Shown here: in pieces, positions 50,075 to 60,000 of the stretch
Position numbering within the stretch: the stretch's first letter is position 1
How the letters are laid out: each line of letters opens with the position of its first letter
Assembly (NCBI RefSeq): GCF_963921235.1
Contig: NC_086097.1
Span: 34,474,001 to 34,534,000 of the forward strand
DNA length: 60,000 bases
Reading direction: 5' to 3'
DNA from: Mobula hypostoma
Taxonomy: Eukaryota
Notes under the pieces: generated by a model
What the model saw: only the letters and a program-made list of their open reading frames with translations
Databases searched by the model: none
Told to the model about the DNA's origin: nothing
Translations under genes and position numbers: made by a program

Positions 50075-52171
50075 CTAAAATAAAACAGCAATAAACACAA
50101 ATAAGAAACCACAGAAAAAGAAAGTTAATTTTTTTGGATCTGCATAGATATCATACAGAATAAAGAAAAGTTGTTGCAAAAATGTCTTTAGGGAAAGAAA
50201 TGATGTACAATGAGAAAAATAATAGTTCAAGTGAAACTCCAGGAGGTTCAATTGATAACCTTGGGCAATATCAATACTCGTTCAAATCAATGAGACTTCC
50301 AACATGGTGCATTTACAGTTAAAGGTTTAACTGTTCATGTATAAAAGATCACTATATACATGGAGGAGGAGGAGGGATGGACAATTTGTTTCCTGCAAAG
50401 ATTTTCTCCTTTTTTATTCCTTTTACAGGGCTTCTTACATTAAATGTGTATTTATAGATACTTTTTGACAAGGAAAATATCATTCATACAAGAGCAGTCT
50501 AATGCAATGGACTCAGACAAAGGAGAAAATAATTAAGGGCTTGGTCAAAAAGCCAAAAGACTGTGTCAAAGATCTCACACAGTTCAAAAAGGTGAAAGAG
50601 AGATAGTACAACGGGTAAATAATCACAAAATTTGTGATTTTATGCTTGCAGGAAAGGATGCATGGAGAGGAAGAAGAAATAGGAGGAGCAGATACAGCTT
50701 ACAAGGATAAAGAGAATCAACTGCAGAATTCTGAGGAGGATGATCCACCAAGTGACAAAGAATGATTTCCACTGCCACTCAGCATGGGAATCAGGATAAA
50801 CAGGGTAGAATGAAGAGAAAATCTTTAACAAGGCAAGAACAAAGGAGTTGTTGCCTCAGTTTCATTTCCTATCCATTAGTATAAAATGACCTGTTCAGAA
50901 CATCCCTTAGGTGATACAAGCAAAGAAGCATAATGTCTATCTAACTGCCACATTAACTTACTCACCTATTAGAGATACACCTTTTGTTCCAGCCGTTCCT
51001 CATTCATCCTCCTTGCTACTGTAAATTAACTTCCCCAATTCTAATGTAGAGTCTTTAGAAATGTTAACTCTGTTTCTCTTTCTACACTTGTTATTTTTTA
51101 TGGCCTTTCCTAATTTTTATTTCAGATTTACAGCGTTTTCAATTTTATTAGATTTTCAATCCAGAGAAAAGGCAGGCTAAATGGAGGAGGGTATTAGAGA
51201 GCTGGGGCCTAATGGGGCAGCTAAATGATTAAACTCAATGTGAACTTTAAAATATCCCTTCAAATAAAAGATAATATACTTGATCCAGCTTATGAATGAA
51301 ATAACACACTATCCTGCTCAATATACAGCACAACTTGCAAGGAAGACTCAGCAGGAGGTAACCTCAATGCTGACACTACTTTTGATACAATTTTCTCCTC
51401 AATTAATTTATCAATAGAAAATGCTTCTTCTCTCCCACTGAGTAGGTAAAGAGCATTATGTTTGTTTATCCTACCCACTCAATGGACTCAAGTGCTTACA
51501 CATTAAAAAAAACAATTCCATCACCAGTAGTTGGATACCAGCCTAATAGCAGATGCTCTCAATGTCCTTTATACTACTACTTCGACTGGAATGCTTAATG
51601 TTAGATCAGGCTACCACAATAAGAGTTTTCAAGTAATTACCACTCACAGAATCCCCAGACAAACGCACATGAAAGATGCTGTAAAGACTACATTTGTAAA
51701 ATGCTGCTTTGTAAAATAAACATAATGAGGAATGACAAATCCTCACTAGGAGCTGCTGGAAGAATAGCTTGTGCAATTTTGAAGATGAAATACTAAGTTT
51801 ATAGTGCAAGTATTAACTGACTATATGAAAAATACTGGTGTTCATTTTATGCATCTTAAAGATAAAAAAAATCCTTAAAAGTCTAAAAAATCTTAAAGCT
51901 CTAAAAAAGCAGTGGCTACAGCAGGGCTAAAGCAAGAGAACCAAGCAGGGTTGTGGAGGAACAATTCTTTAAACACCATAAATAAAGAAGATTGTACACA
52001 GAAATGTCACAAATCCATATAGATAACATCCATTGGTTCCAAAGCCACTCAACAGCAAACATGAAACACAATCTCCCAGCATGGATGGAACATTCAAAGC
52101 TGTGAATCTCAACAAAAGGTAGAATTGACCTGGGCAGTTTGTTACATGAGATGATCATCAACCGGATATAC

Positions 52172-52372
52172 CTTATTATTTCTCCATATTCATCCCACTT
52201 CACTCTCTCTTCTGTAGCTGGGAACATGGGATATGATTTTTTAGCTTGTTTGAAGAAACTTCCTTTGCGGCTACTCTCACTTTTCATCATGAGATCGTGT
52301 TTGGTTTTTCCAGTAAGTGGTTGGTCCAAGTCTTCTTCAACGTCACTCTCGTCACTGGAGTCAACATCTCGT
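52172..52372 (-). CDS. CPSF2: CPSF2 coding exon (201 nt; [18 protein letters not shown]...KWDEYGEII)
   Basis: ORF 51916..52329; ttgcag| acceptor and |gtatat donor. Confidence 0.95.
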
Positions 52373-52953
52373 CTGCAAGGAAATTACAATCAGAGATTCT
52401 ATTAATGTAATTTTTAGCAAAAATGTAACATATATAGCTTAAACTATTATACCGATACATGAGAAATTTAATCAAACAGTAAAATTGTAAATTATAAATT
52501 ATCCACCTGAACTCTGAATGTGCATGAGCCCAATTTGTTGCAGTGATCTTATTTCTAACAAAACCCCTATTGTCATGAGTCTATACTTAGAAAAATGTGT
52601 TTATCTTATGAAGAAATAGAATGAAAATGTCCTCATTTTTGTCACTGAAAAAAAGTCTGCAACTTCCCCACTATCAAAAGCAAAAGTTCTAGACTTAATG
52701 GCAAATTCTGTAAGCCAGGTCTGTCAGTTAGCTCCACTGTTGGACACTTGAAACCCATCCCCAGGTCCGAGTTTTCAGTTGCAAATTACTTTCACCTTCT
52801 TACTACCACTCTGTTGTTGCTCTTCAATGCTGTTCCAGCAAAATTCATCCCAAGTTCCAGGAACAAGTTACTGTTTTCAGGACACTACATCCAATGAGAG
52901 CAGAGAAAAATCTAAAGCACAATGTTATTAGGTTAAAGATCCTTTCCACTTAC

Positions 52954-53054
52954 TCTTTCTCTTGTTCCTGTTTTTTAGCTGCCTCTTTCTTGAGCTTTTC
53001 TTTCTCCAAATACTCTTCTAATTCTTTCCCTTCCAATTTTACACGACGTCTAAT
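52954..53054 (-). CDS. CPSF2: CPSF2 coding exon (101 nt; [33 protein letters not shown])
   Basis: Manual translation; aatag| acceptor and |gtaagt donor. Confidence 0.94.
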
Positions 53055-53767
53055 CTATTAGCAAAACATTACAATAGTTACGAGAATAAAATGTCACATT
53101 TTATGCTTGACCTATTTCAAACTATGAGAAAAAAATTCTAGCATGTACCAAGCAACATACATGGGGTTTTATATGGAGGAACTATAGTTATTAACAATTT
53201 AACAGAAAATTAATTCTTCAAAATTTGATTGAACATATATTATTTAAATTGCCCTTATTTAGACACCAAATATCATCATGCCAAGTTTCTCAAACGGTGT
53301 CTAAATAACCTAAGGTAAAACACAAGTACTTAAGAATTTAAAGATGAAATTATACAGTTATTAATGAAATAAAAAACTTCTACTGGATGCCACAAGACAT
53401 CATTTAATAATGTAGACTGTGATAGCAACACTTCTGTGAATTCCCACCATCAAGTGGAACCAGAGAGTTTAAAAAAAAGTTATTTCTCCTGTGGAAGAGA
53501 AAATATAAGAAAAATTCTATCACTTATTTTGTGAAACTGTTCAGATGCCAATGGATCATAGGTGTGGATGTCTGGGAGTTGATTGCATTCTTGTCTCTAA
53601 GGCAGTGGATATCACATGCTTGCAAGACAAGGGGTATTTGATTTTATTGAAATTACATTTCATTATCAATCTAAACTGCCTTCACTCATTTACAATGTTT
53701 GTATTACAATTCAGAACTTTTCATTAACCAAAAGAATCATGACACTAATTCCAATCTGCAGCCTTAC

Positions 53768-54058
53768 CTCTATTTCCATTTTTTTGGTGTGAGGATTGTC
53801 TATCAAATATCTGGCCAGTGTACCTGGTGATGTTCTGTATGTGAGAATCACAGAATTCTTTGGATCCTGACACCACTGTATGAAAAGGTCACGTGAAAAT
53901 CCGCACTCCATATCGGACTGACTAGCAAGCACCACTTTTGGACTAGGCACTCGAGCCAAATCCGAAAGACTGTGGCACAAAGAAAGGTGACGAAATTGAA
54001 AGGGGTTGTTTCGCTTGTCTTCAAAGCATCTCATTAACTTGTCACTCATCCATTCCAC
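53768..54058 (-). CDS. CPSF2: CPSF2 coding exon (291 nt; [24 protein letters not shown]...KKMEIE)
   Basis: ORF 53711..54058; tttag| acceptor and |gtaagg donor. Confidence 0.96.
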
Positions 54059-54887
54059 CTAAAATTAATGGAATAATTAAGACAGTATCTTATTGCATCT
54101 TAGTTCCAACTCAACATATTCTACACTGGTTTTTTAAAAAAATACCCATTGAAGTCCCATTGACATTTCAATTTTAGAATATTTACAAACATACAAGTGA
54201 ATATTCCCAATAAAACTTTTTTAAAGATGTTAAAATTTTGACTTTCTTTCAAAATAAAGTTACTGATTTGCAAAGTGTTATATAATTGAAACAAACTGGT
54301 CATTTTATAAGTAAATAACAAGTGGAAGTCTAAGAGCAAAATTTATTTTGTTAGCATTCAGTAACAAGCATTAAATCAACTTGTATATGGTTGTCAAAGA
54401 AAAAACTTGCTCTACATTTAAATATAATTCCATTTGAAGGATGAAGGGAATAGATTTGGAAGAAAAACCTCATCAGTTCTGAACAATAATTGATTGTTTT
54501 TCTTCCATTATAATCAAGCCATTCTAACAATGCACTGGGCATTTCAAAATCCTCCAGTGCCTATTTTTTGGATGAAAGTACAATAATCTTGTAGAATAAT
54601 CTTATTCACCAAGAGATTTGCACTAAAGCTAGCTGAATGGTTTTGTCCTGAAATTCACACCATTCATTTTTCTGAGACTTAAGGTGTATAAACTTCTTTC
54701 ACTAGAGATGTTGTGAAAGGTCGTAGTAAAAGGAGGAAAAGAATTTTATATAAAACATTGCAATGGCATATACTCTTCCCTTTCTGCAAATATGATAACT
54801 TTCGATGTAATCGTGCTTGAAACTTAAATAAAAAGTAACAGAAGCAGTACTCTGATCCAATAAATGAATGAAACTTTCACCTGGTCA

Positions 54888-55350
<463 letters not shown>

Positions 55351-56911
55351 ACACACCAACCTGCAGAAATAAAAATTACACTTCTGCTAAGTGCATATTT
55401 TTAATCTGCCTCAGATCTTATCCATGTACTTCAACTCTATTGAGGGCCAAAAGAACTCCTTTTCCCTAAAAGAATCCACAGAACTGACATAGTTTCTTTG
55501 TATTTGCTATTCGCTCTTCTAATGCCACTCTGATTAGTTTCTTTATTCACTACCACCAATTAGGAATTCTTAAAAAGAGGAATGGTCTTTCAAAAAAATG
55601 TAAGGTGTTTTACTAATTTAAGATTTACATGTTTTTGTCCATCTCAACAGGCTTATTTTATATCATCATGTAAAGAAACATGACTTCCAAAAGGTAGTAC
55701 CAAAATGGAAGACTTTAATCAAAGTAAGCATTCATCACAATAGAATTCTATATTATTACGACAGAATGTTTAAACTTTAATTTTGGAAGTTTTAAAATAA
55801 CCTCTACCAAATTTTAGCACAATAATTATGTTAGACACGTCATTAGCACATAGCCATTGATTATGGTTGGCTCATTACAGCAAAACGTCAATCTTCTAGT
55901 ATCTGATTATTTGGAAATCTCAGTGTTTCAGCATCTGGCTTACTCGTTAGTTACAAGTGTGTGCCAAGTGTCCAGAATGCAAGCCGAGTATGGGTTAGAC
56001 GTGTGGTCAGAGCTGGGGTCTAGAATGTAGGGGTCAAAACTAGGATCCAGAGTGCTTGTACTTTTCAGTTTGTTTTGACATGATATAGTTTACAAGTTGA
56101 AACTCACCTACTTCTATTTCCTACTCTCTTTCAACTCATTGTGGCTCAGTTTCACTTACAACCTGAAACCTACCAGGTTCACTGCAGTACATATTACTAC
56201 GCAATATGTAAAAAAAAAGTTCACAAATTGTTTAGGATATTAATAGAAGTAACAAGCAATAGTCCAGAAAATCCCTTAAGTCCTGCACAAACAGAATCCC
56301 TAGGCTTCTAAACTATCAGAACATTACCATACTTTAAACATATTAAAATAGTTCAATCCAGTAAAACTATGTATAAAGTGAAATGTGACAGTGCCAAGAA
56401 ATAATGAAAGCAATGGTAAAATCAAATCAAGGTATGGGTTTAATTAAAGATCAATGCTAATGAGCCAGTATAGCTACTTCAAAGATTGCCAAAAATAGCA
56501 ATGAATACAAGGATAATTAGAATTCTGTCTAATTCAAATAAATTATCCCATTCATTAAAGTTCCTCTTCCTTGTTTCTTTACTCTGAAGTAAAAGCTCTT
56601 GTGTAACTACTTGGCTAGAATAACAACTAGGAAGTAAGGGTTATTAGATTCACAACTTCTGAACAATAGTACTACGTTTTATTGGAGTACAGATCAAGGA
56701 TGGCTGGCATACATTGCAAGATCATCATTTTTATGGTTAAAGAAACAGGCTTTGATGCAAGTCAACAGTTTCTTCACAGTGAATGTTAACAGAATAATGA
56801 TTCAGAAATACAGAAGTGGGTGAAAATGTAAAGCTTAATAATATTCCCTTGCAAGCCTCCAAATTTTAACTTAACAGCAAAGAAATATGGAAATTGTTCT
56901 AAAACAGACTA

Positions 56912-57136
<225 letters not shown>

Positions 57137-57355
57137 TTAACTCAGAAACTCAACCTACAAAAATTAGTTTTGAGTCTGATCTTACTAGGGATCCAAATGC
57201 AAGAACTTGAACAAGAATTATTTAATATTAACATTTCCCTACAAATAGCTACTGTATATTTATATCTAGAGATGACTAAATATTTAACTGATGCTCTACA
57301 CAAGTTTTTACATTTTACATAATCAGGTAACGATGAATTTTTAAGTGTTACTCAC

Positions 57356-57485
57356 ATTTCTCTCTTATGGTTAAAGTCAACTGCATATACAATCTCCTCT
57401 TCACCATCTTTCACAATTTTCCAAATTGTTCCTCCAATCATGTGACCTGCAGGTAACGGAGTTATGGATAGACCATGTCCTTTAC
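57356..57485 (-). CDS. CPSF2: CPSF2 coding exon (130 nt; [43 protein letters not shown])
   Basis: Manual translation; tttag| acceptor and |gtgagt donor. Confidence 0.95.
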
Positions 57486-58001
57486 CTAAATACAAGACAA
57501 AATTTAAAAAGTTCAATCATTAATTGCAAGTAAATAGTTCACTATATCTTAAATACATTGAATCCATAATTTGTTGCAGTCTTTTTGGTCACATTCTAAA
57601 TGACTAAATGCATTACACCACAGTACTCCAAACTCAAAAGACAAGGCTCAGAGAAACTGAGATATTTTGCCTTAATAACATAGAGCTTCCTCCACCCAGT
57701 TCTCCAAAGATTTCTAGATTACTACAGTAATTGCAATTCAGATTTAATTCATTGGCTGTAAAATTCTTTGGTACACCAAGTTTGCTTAAAGAATGACATA
57801 CATGCAACTTTTTCAGATGAGGGAAATTGTCTTCATAAGATACATCTCCAATCAATTCATTTGAGATTTAAGATCTGTTACAGATGATTTGGTGTCATAA
57901 ATCTAAAGTGATGCCATTTTATTATATTCATCAAAAATTCCATCATTTGCTCCATGTTAATAAATTGTACGAGGGTCATTCTGCAGTTCTTGAGATCGCA
58001 C

Positions 58002-58107
58002 CTTTTAAGTTGACAATCTGAGAGTACTTCAGTTGCTGAATCTTGTCAAATGCTGCATCCACATCATCCAAAGTAAATAGAGAGAACTCTTCAGTATTGT
58101 GCCGTGA
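58002..58107 (-). CDS. CPSF2: CPSF2 coding exon (106 nt; [35 protein letters not shown])
   Basis: Manual translation matches CPSF2; tacaag| acceptor, |gtgcga donor; phase consistent with neighbours. Confidence 0.94.
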
Positions 58108-58420
58108 CTTGTAAAAAGAAATTATATAGAATTACAACTTCACAGTAGGAAATTATACCCTATTGAATTTCATTATTAATCTATTAACCTATATTAGTAT
58201 TACATTATTAAGGTATTATTAATGTTAAAACAATCGATTACAAACAACAATGCATTACAAGCAAGCAAAAACAACAATGCATTAGAGTTGCTGCACCAGG
58301 CTGCTCCTTTTAGTCATCGCTAGCTGCTGCTACTAAGGTTGAAATATTTAAACACAAATCAATATGAATTACATTTTTAGTGACATATTTAAGATGACAG
58401 ATTGCTACTAATAAACTTAC

Positions 58421-58580
58421 TTGATAGAGATCATACATAAACATCTGCCCCATCTTGTAAACAGGAATAGTGGCATAAATTGAGCAGTTTAAACCCAGCC
58501 TTCCAACAGCATAAGGGAGTGCTCCCAGATGTAGGGGATCAGGGTGAGAAAGTAGGATTGCGTCAACCAAATGAACATAT
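58421..58580 (-). CDS. CPSF2: CPSF2 coding exon (160 nt; [23 protein letters not shown]...MYDLYQ), first exon visible in the window
   Basis: Translation matches the CPSF100 N-terminal metallo-beta-lactamase fold with the degenerate SHPDPLH motif; ttgcag| acceptor and |gtaagt donor. Confidence 0.96.
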
Positions 58581-59597
58581 CTGCAAGCAAAAATAATGCA
58601 AATCATTATAACACAGCAACAAGTAATTATCTTAAAAACTAACTGGATCAGACAGTACAGGTCATAAACAAAGTCTTCAAAAATCCAAAGCAACACACAT
58701 AAAATGCTGGAGGAACTCAGTGGTATCCATTGGAATGAATAAACAGTCTATTAAAAGCATTTAAAAAGCAAAATACAGAAAAAATAAACAAACTAATTCC
58801 CTGCACTTTTACTCAGGGTCGGTGACCCGGCTGAAGTGAATGGTGGCCCACAACTTGCGGCAGAGAAAAAGGGAGTGAGAAGTTAGATGTGCCAGTATCA
58901 ACCAGCTCATCTCTGACTCTGTGTCTCAACACCGAGGTGCAAAACTCAGTCTCCAAGTATAATGAAATGAAAACCCCACAAGAGTTTGGGAAATGTTTAT
59001 GATTTAAAGTTCATGGCTTAATATACAACACAACAATCCAGTGAATACACTGTAAAATTCCAGATTGTGGATCCTGGAATTAAAGATTACATAAATATAT
59101 ACGTTATTTTAACCTGGGTCAGAACCTCAATAAAGTATACTAAAATAATACAGACAAATTTAAGACTTTAAATTAATCCAAGGAAATAATTCCTTCAGGC
59201 ATAAATTCTCTTCTTAGTCTTTAATAACTGATCCCTAATTCTCAAAATATTCCCAAAATATACTCCAGTCTTTAACTCCTTAGGACAGAGGAAAGGTACT
59301 CCCTACAGTGACCCTTTCAGTCCCTTGAAGAAAAATTTAAATTTCAGTGTGATCAATTTTCATTTTTCTAAACTCTAAACAACACAGTCCCAGTCTAGTC
59401 AATCTTTTTTCATGCACCAAACTTACCGTCTCTGAAACAGTCAGGTGAATCTTCACTGCACTACACTCCCTGAATGGCAGGTACATCATTATTCCACACG
59501 CAGTCTCACCAAGATCCCATACACTGTTAAATGTTCAAACTCCTACAACCAATCCTTCTTATAATAGTTGAAAAGCAACCTTAAAACACATCTACTA

Positions 59598-59700
59598 ACA
59601 AGCACACATGAAATGCTGGAGGAACTTAGCAGCCCAGGCAGCATCTATGGAAAGGAATAAAGAGTCGATGTTTCGGGTTGAGCCCCTTCATCAGTACTGG
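59598..59700 (-). mobile_element. Penelope-family remnant with a decayed hammerhead motif
   Basis: Minus strand AGUA-CUGAUGA-AGGGGCUCAACCC-GAAAC-AUC-GACU; homologous to the element at 26638. Confidence 0.65.
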
Positions 59701-59806
59701 CAAACATACTGACTTGTAAGTTGCAAATATTTATATTAGGCTAACAAGCAAGATGATAGATACAAAAACATTGTGCTATTGAAAATACAGTATAACACTC
59801 CATGTT

Positions 59807-60000
59807 TAACATAGAAACATCGAACATCTACAGCACAATACAGGCCCTTCAGCCCACAATCCTGTGCCGAACATGGACTTACTTTAGAAATTACCACGGG
59901 TTACCCATAGCTCTCCATTTCTCTAAGCTCAATGTAGCTATCCAGGAGCCTCTTAAAAAACCCTATTGTATCTGCCTCCACCACCATCGCCAGCAGTCTA
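59807..60000 (-). mobile_element. CR1-type 3' tail running off the window
   Basis: Homologous to 24500-24680. Confidence 0.8.

Noticed and set aside
58581..60000. CPSF2 start exon or promoter
   Set aside because: No MTSIIK-type coding sequence or CpG island seen; it should lie beyond the window

Overview
Eukaryotic (vertebrate) genomic DNA. The repeat landscape (CR1, Rex/Babar, Tx1, HE1/V-SINE, Penelope remnants) suggests a cartilaginous fish such as a ray or shark; this is an inference. The right third (39356-58580, minus strand) holds 13 GT-AG coding exons of CPSF2 (CPSF100). They splice into one open frame of 2203 nt ending in TAA, and the first coding exon lies beyond 60000. The left two thirds, downstream of CPSF2, show no recognisable protein gene and are dominated by nested transposons: a decayed Gypsy element, foldback MITEs, Tc1-like elements hosting CR1 LINEs and non-coding retroposons, a Tx1 LINE, and Penelope-derived repeats with minimal hammerhead-ribozyme motifs. 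The best leads are the hammerhead motifs, an in-frame transposase/RT chimera in a CPSF2 intron, a 45-bp B-box-like tandem array split by a MITE with a 6-bp TSD, and an orphan 32-nt exon-like segment. None is shown from sequence alone to be a new functional system.
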